DNA of 64,000 nucleotides, taken from the NCBI RefSeq assembly GCF_964213995.1, contig NC_135803.1:54374001-54438000 (forward strand), read 5' to 3'. The first letter of the stretch is position 1. Each line of letters starts with the position of its first letter. A program made the translations under genes and the position numbers. Below, piece after piece: positions 11,985 to 23,879 of the stretch. The DNA is from Mustelus asterias (lineage: Eukaryota). The notes under the pieces are model-generated. The model worked only from the letters and a program-made list of their open reading frames with translations, searched no databases and was not told the origin of the DNA.

Positions 11985-12297
11985 CTGCTGGCCCCATGTT
12001 TTGTTTCTTTACTTCCCCCATTGCCACTGATTTATCCCTGGCAACATCATCCCTTCAGTCGCTTTATCACATCCATCCTATGCAAGACTTTGTTCTTTCA
12101 CTCCCTCTCACTCCACTTTTTCTCTAACTTCTTCCAGTTCTGATGAGCGGTCATCAACCTGAAACATTATACAGTAATGTGGGTCCTATTTTAACTCTGT
12201 CTAAGTGAATGGGTTTTGAGCGGGGCCCATTACCCCAGCTTTTCTCTCCGCAAATGCTGCCTGGGCGATTCTAGCATTTTGCTATTTTTATTTCAGT
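11985..12297 (+). mobile_element. Penelope-like element end fragment with hammerhead motif (12138-12170)
   Basis: GTT-CTGATGA-GCGGTCATCAACCT-GAAA-CATT followed by TTTCTCTCCGCAAATGCTGCCTG...AGCATTTTGCTATTTTTATTTCAG. Confidence 0.6.
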
Positions 12298-12627
12298 TGA
12301 TTGATGAAGTGTAGTGTGGCAAGTTAAAGATATTGTTATATCATTTTGTTACAATACAACATCTATACAATGGTTATTTGTGACTGTTTCTTTAATTTAG
12401 GGTAAAATGGAGCAATGCAGGGGCTCATGTGACTGTTCTGAATTCTGCCCAAGAACAAGCTTGGATGGCTTGAATGTTAAAGGGGAGCCGAGGTTGTTTT
12501 GCTATGAGAAGAAGATACAGGATGTTCACACCTGTAAACAATGGCAAGAGCATCTGTGATGGCTGTGAGACAACTGTTAGTCTCCAATTTCATAAGGAGG
12601 TATTTGAAATGTTAGGCCCTATAAACG

Positions 12628-12960
12628 TTCGCAGGAAGTTTTGTGGTGCAGTGGGTAAAGTCCCTGCCTCTGAGCCAGGAGCTCCAGATTCAAGTCCCAC
12701 TTTGATGGCCAAGGAAGGTATGTTCATAATGTGGCCAAACAGGTTGTGTGTCAATCTGCAAATCCAACCAACATGCCAGTGGCTGGCAGTAAGAGTGGGC
12801 GAGAGTCCTCTTCAGCCATGCTCGATGTGGAGTGGTGCCCCTCAAGCTATAAGCCTCTGGCCACAGACGACCGACCTGTTCCAGAATAACTGGCTATGGA
12901 AACAAATAAAAGCCTGCCTTAGTGCATCACTAAGTGTGGGAAGGGAACAGGGAATTGAAC
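12628..12960 (+). mobile_element. tRNA-derived SINE, a family distinct from HE1
   Basis: A-box-like TGGTGCAGTGG and B-box-like GATTCAAGTCC at tRNA spacing, followed by an unrelated body of about 270 bp. Confidence 0.6.
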
Positions 12961-13880
12961 AAATGTTTACACTTTAAATTGTCCATCTATTTCTAAGAAA
13001 GAATAGAATGGTATGGGGGCAGGGGGTGAGGGGATAACTAATTAGCATTTCTACCTGGATAGAGGCCCATATGATGCCCATGGGGATGAGCGGAGAATAG
13101 CTTAGTCTGGTTCCAGGAGAATAAAATGACAACTTATGGGACAGAGTAAAGTACAACTGTGACATGAGATTTTTGGTACTTTTAAAAGTTAAAGGGGGGG
13201 AAATTGTTTGGTAGTTTGAAGTATAATTTGCCAACTCAAGTATTTAGATACTGTTGCATTACATTTGTGACACATGATCCTTCCAGTTAGCACTGGAAAT
13301 TCAAGTATCTTTTTAAAAGTTTCTTTAAAATCCCTTCACTTTCACACTGACCTCTGACTGATACTCAGTGCTGCTAAAGACATCTCACATCCATACAATA
13401 AGACATGCTGTCACTGATTGTTTCTCCTCCCAATCTAGCCAACTGATTGTCATCTTGTTTTAGATTGCACAGTGTATAAAATATTAAAAATAGCACTTGA
13501 CATAAATCACGCAAAATGAAAAACTGATATTTAGTAATTTCTGCATTTTCTTGACCAGTGGTTTGGCGTATTTACAAGGGTGAGAAGATAATATTCTGCA
13601 GAGGAGAATGATACAAGAACAAGAATCTGCCACATTATGATGTAACTGCCCTCTTGTATATTGGTGTTTTCCAGAAAAATGAAACTAAAATGTAAAATTT
13701 GAGCTAAAGCCTTAAAAGCAAACAGTTCTGTTTCTGAAAACAAAGTAAAACTGTCTTGGGGTCGTTCATACATTCTTTTTGTTAATTCTATTTTTCCAAC
13801 CCTTTCATGCAACTAAATAATGCTTGCATCATAGCTTAAAGCACAGTGATACCTTGCATTTTCATATCACAAAGCTTCCT

Positions 13881-14422
13881 GTGGCAGCACAGTGGCACAG
13901 CAGTTAGCACTGCTGCCTCACAGCGCCACCCAGGTTCAATTCCAGTCTTGGGTGACTGTCTGTGCGGAGTCTACACGTTCTCCCCGTATCTGGGTGGATT
14001 TCCTGCGGGTGCTCCGATTTCCTCCCACAGTCCGAAAGACTTGCTGGTTAGGTGCATTGGCCATGCTAAATTCTCCCTCAGTGTATCCAAACAGGTAGTC
14101 ATGATGTGGAGATGCCGGCGTTGGACTGGGGTAAACACAGTAAGAAGTTTAACAACACCGGGTTAAAGTCCAACAGGTTTATTTGGTAGCAAAAGCCACA
14201 CAAGCTTTCGGAGCTCCAAGCCCCTTCTCTCACTTGAAGAAGGGGCTTGGAGCTCCGAAAGCTTGTGTGGCTTTTGCTACCAAATAAACCTGTTGGACTT
14301 TAACCTGGTGTTGTTAAACTTCTTACTGTCCAAACTGGTGCCAGGGTGTAGCGACTCAGGGACTTTCGCAGTAACTTCATTGCAGTGTTAATGTAAACCC
14401 ACTTGTGACACTAATATATAAA
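13881..14422 (+). mobile_element. HE1-type V-SINE (tail B) split by a hairpin-element insertion
   Basis: Head and V-domain 13881-14096; tail resumes at 14329 and runs to GTGACACTAATA. Confidence 0.9.
14097..14328. mobile_element. Penelope-derived hairpin element, copy 2 (92-bp stem)
   Basis: Arms 14137-14228 and 14238-14329 with one mismatch; flanking repeats TCCAAACAGGT and TCCAAACTGGT. Confidence 0.85.
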
Positions 14423-14869
14423 CTCCTATCAATGTTTTGGTTCCGAGAATACATGAACTCGGCCAAAAAAGGAGCAAAAGCATATTTAGTGAAAAATTTC
14501 TGTAAAGTGAAAATCATATTCAGAAAAGTAATAAGTATGGCTAGGATTTTCCGATCCTGCTGTGGCAGATGTGGCAAGCCTATCAAAAGTCCATTGGCTT
14601 TGGTGGGACTGGAAGATCCCACCAATGGGCAGGACCAGAAAATCAAGGCCTATGTAAAAACTGTACACGAGATTTTTTGCAGATAAACAATGATAATTCA
14701 GTCATGAAACAACCCTTTTCATGAAATGGCTTGCAAAATATCATTTTTTCAGCAAGAATGAAAGAAAATAGATATATCTCCATGTCAGGATGGTTTGTGA
14801 CTTTAGGGGATTTTATTGGTGATGCTGCTCCCACAACACGGCTGCTTTCATTCTTTCGGGTGGTAGAAG

Positions 14870-15223
14870 TCATAGATATTAGAAACTTAGAAAGCCTACA
14901 GCACAGAAAGAGGCCATTTGGCCCATCGAGTCTGCACCGACCACAATCCCACCCAGGCCCTACCCCCATATCCCTACATATTTACCCACTTATCCCTCTA
15001 ACCTACACATCCCAGGACACTAAGGGCAATTTTAGCATGGCCAATCAACCTAACCCGCACATCTTTGGACTGTGGAAGGAAACCGGAGCACCCGGAGGAA
15101 ACCCACGCAGACACGAGGAGAATGTGCAAACTCCACACAGGTAGTGACCCAAACCGGGAATCGAACCCAGGTCCCTGGAGCTGTGAAGCAGCATTGCTAA
15201 CCACTGTGCTACCGTGCCGCCCC
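14870..15223 (-). mobile_element. Full-length HE1 SINE, CR1-type tail
   Basis: Ends GTGCTACCGTGCCGCCC (reverse complement of the head); V-domain; tail reverse complement GAAAGCCTACAGCACAGAAAGAGGCC. Confidence 0.95.
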
Positions 15224-15764
15224 AACCTTGACGTGTTGCTACAGTATATCCCGATGATAGTATATACTGGAGCTACAATACACGGGTGGCGTAAAGGGTG
15301 AATATTGAATCCAATGGCAGGGGGACAAACTGCTACATTACACTGTTGAACTTCTAGAATGTTGTACTACCCGCATCCATCCAGAAAGTGGCAAGTATTC
15401 TGTCACAATCCTGAATTGAATGTTGTCGATAATGAAGAAACTTTTAAAGTTTAGAAGATGAAACAGAGGATCCAGCCCCTGACCTATTATTGTATCAGGG
15501 TGTTGATGAGGCAATTCCAGTTCAGTTTCTAGTAAATAGTCAGTCCTAGGATGTTAATAGTGGGGCCCCTGAAAGATGTGGAGAGGTGGCTGGGCTTGCT
15601 CTTATTGGGATGGTTATTACCTGATGCTTATGTGATGCTAATGTTACCTGCTATATGTCAACCCAAGTTTGGATACTTTCTGGGTCCTGTTGGTGGCTGA
15701 CATGGGCTGATACATTGTCAGGGCTCTTGTAAACAACAGCTTCAACAGGAGCTGAACAACATCA

Positions 15765-15955
15765 ACAACTCACCTGTTCACGAATGTCCTTTCGGGAAGG
15801 AAATCTGCTGTTCTTACCTGGTCTCTGACTCCAGAGCCACAGCAATGTGATTGGTTCTCAACTGCCCTCTGAAATGGCCACTCAATTCAAGTGCAACTAG
15901 GGATGGGCAATAAATGCTGGTCAACCAGTGATGCCCATGTCCCACCAATGAATTT
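15765..15955 (+). mobile_element. Deu-domain SINE (SacSINE1-like) 3' fragment
   Basis: GTTCACGAATGTCCTTTCGGGAAGGAAATCTGC...AACTGCCCTCTGAAATGGCC...GGGATGGGCAATAAATGCTGG. Confidence 0.8.
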
Positions 15956-16950
15956 AAAATATTTTTTTATTCCCCTATTACTTTAATTCCAGTGAATTGT
16001 GGGATGAACTCTTTCATATTTACTTGCCCAAATCAAAATGCCTACTTTTCAAATGATGCTCTTTTTGGCCTGATGACCAAAGAAATTAAAGTACAGTCAA
16101 ATAGACATCAGACTACACACATAGTTCCAGGTAATGATGATGTTTGTGTTCCTAACAAGTGAAGTGAACCTGATGACAATTTATTTAATCATTTTTAATT
16201 ATTTTTTTCCAAATTGTTTCAAATATTGAATTATTTAATCAATGAGACTGTTCCCTGGCTCCATTTACTCACGAAAAATGTTTGTTTTATTTGAGCACAG
16301 AACAAATTAGTCTATTCATGTCATGCACTATTCCAATATCTTAACTAAAGTAATTAGTAAAGGTAGTTCTGAACTGGATTAAGCTATTTGTTAGCTTGAC
16401 TTGGTATTTTCCAAGTGACTAATTTGATTTTTGTCCAGATAGGTGATTGCTAAATTGATGTAACTAATCTCACGCAATGGGCTGACCAGGGATTTACATT
16501 TAATGAGGCACCTGATTGCTGTGTATCTCATTCAGACTGAAACTCAGTAAAACAGAGAATAATGAGAGATAGATTGAACACACCTTGAATTCATAATTAG
16601 GTTATTCAGGCAGTTAGAAGCACAAACTAGATCAGAAGTAAGCCTAATGAATTTCCAATCAGACCACCAAACCTGATACCCGACAAGACAGGTGACACTT
16701 AATTACTTTAATTCCTGGATTACATAACATTGTGACTTTATGTGTCCTAAGTAATCCTAGATTCCTCTCTTTAAAAAAAACAGTCTGATTTTCTTGAAGC
16801 TTTTCCTTTGTTCACTTTGATTTGATACACAGGAGAATTTAAAATTTGTTTAACCTGTAAGCATTTCAATTGTTTTCCAATTTTTTAATAGAATCTGGTA
16901 ATAAATCAGGTGCAGATGCAGCTTGCAATTCTTAAACAATAGCAATAATA

Positions 16951-17283
16951 GGGGAGGCAATGGTGTAGTGGTATTGTCACTACACTCGTAACCAAAGATC
17001 TAGGATAATGTTCAGGGGACCTGGGTTCAAATCCCACCATAGCAGATGGTGAAATTTGAATTCAATCAAAAAAAAATCTGGAAAACTAATACTGACTATG
17101 AGTCATTGTCTGGTTTACTAATACCCTTGAGGGAAGCAAATTTGCCAATCTCACTTGGTCTGGCCTACATGTGACTCCAGACACACAGCAATGTGGTTAA
17201 TTCTAAATGGCCTAGCAAGCCTCTAAGTTGAGCAAGCCATTCAGTCCAAGGGCAATTGGAGACAGGCAATAAATGCTGGTCCA
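16951..17283 (+). mobile_element. Deu-domain SINE (SacSINE1-like)
   Basis: tRNA-like head GGGGAGGCAATGGTGTAGTGG...GGGTTCAAATCCC; Deu domain TGGTCTGGCCTACATGTGACTCCAGAC. Confidence 0.85.
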
Positions 17284-17559
17284 TTTAAGAAATTTTAAAA
17301 TTTGCATTTTCTAGAAATTAAAATATATCTGTTCAACCTCCATTCAGACTACGTGCAATAGTGGGCGTCTCCAGCAGCACGTTTTCCACTACTCAGAATA
17401 GCAAATTCAGCGCTTAGAACATCATTAATTATGCAAGTTCCCCTCCAAGTCTCCTGTCGGGACGGCAGCTGATTTGTCTGCCTGCCCTCAGCTGACAGGT
17501 TCATAGGTCTGGATGCCGTATTTGAATACCAGTCCAGCCCACCTGTCTGCACCAACACG

Positions 17560-19190
17560 TCCAGGACCCAGGGGCAAACATCCAGCAGCTTCAAGAAGAA
17601 GGCAGCGTCTGCTTTCAGTGCTAGGGCCCTTGAGGCCCTTCTTTAGGGAGTGCAGGCCCACTAACTTCTACCCAGGGATGGCTCAAAAGAAGAATACCAA
17701 CCTCGCATCACTAGCCAGGTTAGCCAGCAGGTTAGCGTGACTGTCACCTGCCCACTAAACATCACACAGTAAAGAAGTATTTGTTCCAATATCAAACTCT
17801 CAGCCTGAAATCATGTATTCAAATGGCTACTCTCTTCACAGATCTCACACATCCATTAGCAGGGTACACATTTCAACACACACTCTCAACAGGACTTTCA
17901 CACCACCATCCCATTTGCCTTGTTGCTCCAAATCCAACCTCTGTCCCTTCTGGGTAGGGCTCACCACACACAGGAGGCATACATTCACCCAACATCTGCT
18001 CCATTCTCTCTGATCACATCTCTTTCTTTGGTCCCCATACAGACCAAACTTGCTCACAACAAATGCAAACGAGCCCAGACTTGGGGAGGACAGCAGGAAT
18101 CATCAGCCTCACTGAGTTTGAAGAGGCTGTTACAGAGCTCACCGCCGAGGACCAGGATCACTCCTGTGCGGAGCTTGGCCTCTCACAACAACCTAGTACG
18201 AATCTCAACTTCACCCAATTCTGCAATTCAAACTGAGTGCAATATTCTCTGAATTAACTTCGGCTCATCCACTAAAACTATCCTTTTGTCTTTCGTAGGT
18301 CACAGCACACCATGCCCAGTTAACCAGACCAGCAGCACCCCAAGCCTCCAGAGCACATCTGAGAATGAGGGCGTTCAGGAAGAACCATCATAGTGCTTCC
18401 CTGCACTCTTCACCAGTTCAGACACACACACATCTCAGTGGGTATAGTTCAAGATTAGACTCAGGGTCACTTTCTGGACCACATCTCACACACATGGCGT
18501 CACAGCCGTCGGAGGCAAGAACTGCACAGGTCTGCGATACTTGGAGGGCTGCTGGAAACCAACCACCTGCTCAGTCCCAGACAGATGATGAGCCTCTGGA
18601 AGAGGATGCCAGCTCACTGGTTGAGGCAGTGGAACATTAGGCAGAGCTTCGACAGTCACTCGCCAGGGTAGAGTGCACGATGGAGAAGTTCCTTCATGTT
18701 CTGTCTAATGTTGTGGCTCCTACATGTAAGCGCATCAATGGGGAGGTTGGCAACCACCATGGAAACCTTGGGCCTGCCAGATTTGTGCTTGGCCATGCAC
18801 TCCATGGTGACACACTCTGGTGGGCACCATCAGGGTGTAGGCCACATGGGGACCAAGAAGCTTGACCTCTCTCCAGGTGTCCATCTCCTCCCTCTGGTAC
18901 CACAGGGAGGATGTGTCAGCTGAACACCCTGGAGCCCTCCACTCAGGACACTCCAAGGTTGAGCAGCAGCTCAGAGTCCCCTTTGCCTGTGCCCACACCA
19001 ACCATCAGTACAACCGCTGTGGGTGCTTCTGCCCCTTATGAGGCTTGGCCCCTCCAGGGCCTGGGCCACCAGAGAACATCCACCAAGGTTGTCACAGACA
19101 TCAGGATGTAGCAGTCAGCAGGCTGCCTCCACCCCTGCTGCGGATGTCAGGGCTGCACCAAGGCATAGTGGTAGGTTAGGAAAATTAAAA
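17560..19190 (+). pseudogene. Harbinger accessory Myb/SANT-like gene remnant, apparently intron-containing
   Basis: FYPGMAQKKNTN...LARLAS segment; KLAHNKCKRAQTWGG after a pyrimidine tract plus AG at 18042; second acceptor-like CTTTTGTCTTTCGTAG at 18298; low-complexity S/T/P-rich C-terminal part. Confidence 0.55.
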
Positions 19191-19426
19191 TGTTTTGATG
19201 TCACCTCAGGGCCACGGGTTCTCAATCACTGTGAACAAATTGCTCTTTTTAATACCATTCCATTGGTTTCTGAATGCAATGTTCAGATGAAAGAATTATG
19301 ACTTGGATCTTTGCAATCCTCCTATTCTGATGTTCAACCTTTCTCACACTCAGGAGTGTCCACTTTTAAGATCCACATTCATATGATGCCAACCTCAGTG
19401 CTACTTATTATCAGACCCTTATGTGT

Positions 19427-19952
19427 TGTCGGGGAGATGTATGTAATTCTTTATTGGGAGTGTATAATGGGTGAGTTCCAAAGGGATAGCAATGGCTGAT
19501 AAGGGCTCATCAGCAATATGACTCTCTATGCATCAGAGTTTCCTAACTGTTAATGTCCCAAACCAAGACATGCACTATAGGATGAGAACCCTACGCTGGT
19601 CTGCACTTCCTTAGTTGTAGTATTTATATCCTTACATGGTGTAGGAAGCATCCAGCTTCGGCTTTCACCGCTGTACTCCCTTGCTGGATTTAAAGTTGGC
19701 GGAGTGAGTAGATTACCAGAACATTAATAATCACAGCTAAGATCTGGCCCTAGTCAGCCGTGAGCTCTTAAGGCCCAAGTGTAAATTACCCATCGCCTTG
19801 GCAATGTTTTGGCTATCCCTTCAGAAGTCACAAAATGGCTTGCAGGGCTCGAGGAGATGTCTCCTGATGATCGGTCTTAAATATTTACTCCTCTTCAAAC
19901 CTTTCAGCTCTGAGGTACGCCTCCCAAATCGCCCCTCTTCTGTGACATCACA
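19427..19952 (-). mobile_element. Solo-LTR-like element nested in the Harbinger transposase 3' end
   Basis: TG...CA ends; minus-strand TATAAATA (about 19621-19628) and AATAAA (about 19450); flanks GTGT and GCGC (possible decayed 4-bp TSD); host sequence rejoins across it. Confidence 0.55.
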
Positions 19953-20950
19953 GCGCTGATGTTGTCCCTCAATATCCCTCTGGGATTCCTGTACCTCCTC
20001 ACCTTCATTAACTGAGGAGGGCTCCTCCTCATCCTCCATTTCACCCTCTGGCAGGGCCACACCTCTCTGCATGGCCAGATTGTGAAGGGGACAGCAAACT
20101 GCATTGATGCGACACACCCTCTCTAGTGTGAATTGCAAAGAACCACCTGAGTAGTTCAGGCACCTGAATCACATCTTCAGCAGTCTCATAGTCTGCTTTT
20201 CTCTCCTCAGCTGGAGTCTGAGGGCGACGCATCAGGACCATGAGCCAGTGTTTAAGTGGGTAGCCCTTATTCCTTCAGCAACCATCCCTGCAGATTTTCT
20301 GACCCCTCAAAGAGCTCAGGCTCAGAACGGCTGAGGATGTAGGACTCATGCAGCTCCCAGGGAACCGTGCACAAACATGCAGGATGTGCTTCTGATGGTT
20401 GCACACCAACTGACAGAATGGACGCCCTTTTTGGTTGATGAACATCAAAAGCTGCTGCCAGGGAGCCCTTATAGTCATGTGGGTACAGTCTATTGCTCCC
20501 TGCCTCCTAGTGAACCCAAAGATAGCTGTGAAGCTCATGAATCTCTGAGCCAGTCTATTCTTGTCCAGGGAGTTCAAATAATGATGGGCCCTCCTAAAAA
20601 GGGCATTGATCACCTGCTGAATACACAGATGTGGTGCTGACTATGAAATGCTCACCGAATAGACTCAACTTCAGAGTGACTGGCAGGGAGAAGCCTGCAA
20701 ACCCACTTGGCATTAGTTCTTCTTAGAGCACGTGGCACATGTGGCAAACTATATGGACAATCGCAGTCTTGCCCTGTACTGCCTGTCACTCATTTGCAGA
20801 AAGGAGTCTTGTGGACAATAGACCCTCAGCGTTGCCAGTCATTTCCGCAGTCTGGGTCTCTCTTCCTCAGCCTCCGGTTTATGCTCACCCTCCCCCTTAA
20901 CCATGTCCCACATAGAGTGCCTCCTACTGGAGCTATGTGGGCAGATGCCT
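19953..20950 (-). pseudogene. PIF/Harbinger DDE transposase (HARBI1-like family) pseudogene
   Basis: GFTRRQGAIDCTHMTIRAP...FINQKG...QLVCNHQKHILHVCARFPGSC, then VCCPLHNLAMQRG and an acidic tail; frameshifted across several ORFs. Confidence 0.9.
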
Positions 20951-21112
20951 TTCCGTTCTTCACCTCCTACCTCGAATAAAGGTTTGTCGAAAAGCTCCCT
21001 GGACAAAAGCTCAGAGTGGGTAAATGTTGCTGAGTACAAAGATGTGAAGAGCTATGGGGGAAGTTGGGTAGCTAAGCTTTGGCATTTTAAATCGCACTGT
21101 TCCTCATGCTAC

Positions 21113-21836
21113 TGTTGAAGGGAGATTTAAAGAATAGGTTTAAAGAAAATAGCATCATTGGTCTAGGTGCCTGCATAACAATTTATATTCTTAAGTGCCT
21201 GTATAACAATCTATATTTGTAGGAATAGATATTATATAATGAATGTGTGTGAATTTATTGCTATCCGATCAAGTTCAGAATATTAAAACGACACAAAATG
21301 GATACTAGCTGGGTTAGCCACATTCCTGAACACAATTAGCCAGGTTAGTCACAAGCTTGTGTACAACAGCAGAGACAACCACGGGTACTGGTGGCTGGCA
21401 CCAACATTTGGCCCAAGGTCGCAGATGGAAGCCAGATACATTAGATTAGGGAGGGCATTCATAGAAAATGATAAGGAGGCCCACCGGACAAGGAGTATTG
21501 TGAACTCAAGGACTCCAGATGGGAGAAAGGAAGATAATATTAATGAGATACCATGAGTCATGTCCATGAGACCATGAGCAGATCACGCACAAGCCCAGCT
21601 TACGTAATGCCATTTTCATTGGTTATGTGACTAATGTATGTAACCTAAAATCAATATTATTGGATAAGGTCCAATAGTGTTTGGAAAATGTATAAGAATG
21701 GGTGTTTTTCCTTTGTTCATCGGAGAGAGGTACTGGGCTTTACCAGATGCCATCTCCCCGCGGGAAAATAAACCGTTTGATGCGAGGATCAGCCCTGGGC
21801 ATTGAGTGATTTCTTTGAGACTCTCTCCCGCTAACG
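21113..21836 (+). mobile_element. Solo LTR (724 bp)
   Basis: TGTT...AACG (decayed AACA); flanks CTAC and CTAT; TATA-like TATAAGA at about 21691; AATAAA at about 21767. Confidence 0.7.
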
Positions 21837-23879
21837 CTATCTTACCCCTGGGACTCTAGCACACACATTGAGGTTAGCAGCTTTCCATTTCACAGGTGTT
21901 ACATGTGGAGCCCAGTGTGGGGGTGAGAACAAGTGAATGACCTCACTGAGCTAATGTGACTCTGAGCTCCACTCGTTGATTTGATATATACAAGCACTGG
22001 TTTGTTCATGGTGAATGAATGGAATCCATGTGACCACTGATGGATGGCATTAATTGTTAACACGTGACTCCCCCTCACTGACAGGATGGCAGAATTGGTG
22101 CAGTTGTCCTCCCTTCATTATAACCTTCACTCCCCAAGGCTGCATTCCTGTTTTCTACTATGTAACTTTTCAAAATTTGATGTAAGCGTATTGATTTGTG
22201 CCAATCTCTTTCATAGAGCAAAATTAGAAATCTGATTTGCCCTTGTTTCCTGGGCAATGTGCTCTGAGTCCTGTCTAACTGACCTGGATCCTGTCCACTG
22301 TGAGTACATGTTGCAAGATGGAGCTCCAGAGGCCAGTTTTTTGGTCCTCCCACACTTTACCATACCTCTTCCAGACAGAACCAATCTTATTTTCAATTTT
22401 GGAAGGCACCATTTTACATGAGCACCAAGGTGGTGATGTTCCAACTTTATTATACTCCAGCAATGATTTGAAATGTTAGAAATTATGTTTCAACTTTGGT
22501 TAAAGTCTACAAATTGAAAACAATACAGTTGGCATCCTCACAAAGTTCCATGTTCCCATCACCCTATCTTCATCAATATCCAGTGACATTCAGCGTCTCA
22601 GCATGTAAACTTACAATTTCGTACAAATTTTAAACACCCCCACACACTGCTTCCTGCAACCTCTTAACTTTCTTTACTGCATTTACTCTCAACTCCTCAA
22701 AAATTCAACACATCCTCAAGCCCAACTCCAGCCATTCAGTCACTGGCGGTTGTTGCATTATTATATTATTTGTAAAAAGTTGAGAACTAATTGTTATGAG
22801 AGTTTACAAGCAGGGTATACACCCAGAGCAACAATGGCCACATATGGAGTGTTGTAAGAAACACAGTCCAAGAAGCCCCAGTATTTTGCATCTAAAAGTG
22901 TGATGATTTCAAAGTTACAGGAAATAGAGGACATAACAATGGGCCCTTTCAAACACTCAGGGAAACATAATGGAATTATTCAGTCAGTGCTCCTCTCACT
23001 TGTCTTCAATTATGCCTTTAGTTGCTCATCAATGCTATTACCCTCTCCTCTCTCCATACTTGCTAACTACTGTGTCTCTTTCCCCCTCTGAAACATCATC
23101 TCCCATCTGAGGCATGCTATCATAAATGCAAGTTTTTCTTGTGAAAGCAAAGAAATAAATTGCCTCCATCTCTAAAAGACAGACCAAAATTAATCACTCA
23201 AGTATGTCAGGTATCTTTGGTTTGTTTTCGGAATATCCTTCCTATAACCATAGCATTTTAATTTAATCACAGTGATCCCTTTCATGCCACAAATGAATTG
23301 TTTATAAGACATCAAATTATTAAAAGGTATTGATTCATTGATCAATAAGGCCATGCTGTCATATTATTGAAAATCCCTTTCCAAAATGAAAGATGAAGTG
23401 CAAGTTGCAGAACTCTAAATATCCAATGATTCAATGTGACCTGTAATGACTGGAAATCAAACAGTCACATAAATTTTATGGTGGAAATCCATAACATGTT
23501 GGTGGTAAATCTTTTCCGTGTTCCATTTAAATCTCATTGTTATTTGTCCAAGCCATTGAATTCCTTCGTTTAATCCTCCCGTTTTGTTTGGTTTATTTTG
23601 CCTTGCAGAGCATGAACCTCACAAATGATAATTTTATTTACAAGGGAAAAGGGAATAACATGGTAAGCGCATTTTGAGAAAAATAGTAATCACAGGAAAA
23701 TTACAAAGTAGATAATCATTTTCTCCCATGATCAGTTTATCCATGATACTTTCATCAGTCAGGAGGGCAGTAAACTTACGGCAGCTGACAGAGTAACCAA
23801 TCCAGCAGTGCACGATAACACTCTCCGCTATGGCCACTCAAATAATTTGAATCAGTTAAGCCCCACAAAAGGGGAAACG

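Larger units (their letters stand above)
17340..22100. mobile_element. Decayed autonomous-type PIF/Harbinger transposon (Myb-like gene on +, transposase on -)
   Basis: Two pseudogenised genes (listed separately) in a GC-richer block. TIRs not confidently located; boundaries approximate. Confidence 0.75.

Noticed and set aside
15065-15301. Recurrent small ORF family (MDCGRKPEHPEETHADT... / MGRHGSTVVSTAASQ...)
   Set aside because: These are translations of HE1 SINE copies on either strand, not a protein family.
19953-20950. Domesticated HARBI1 gene
   Set aside because: Multiple frameshifts and stops, loss of conserved motifs and nested LTR insertions indicate a dead transposon copy.
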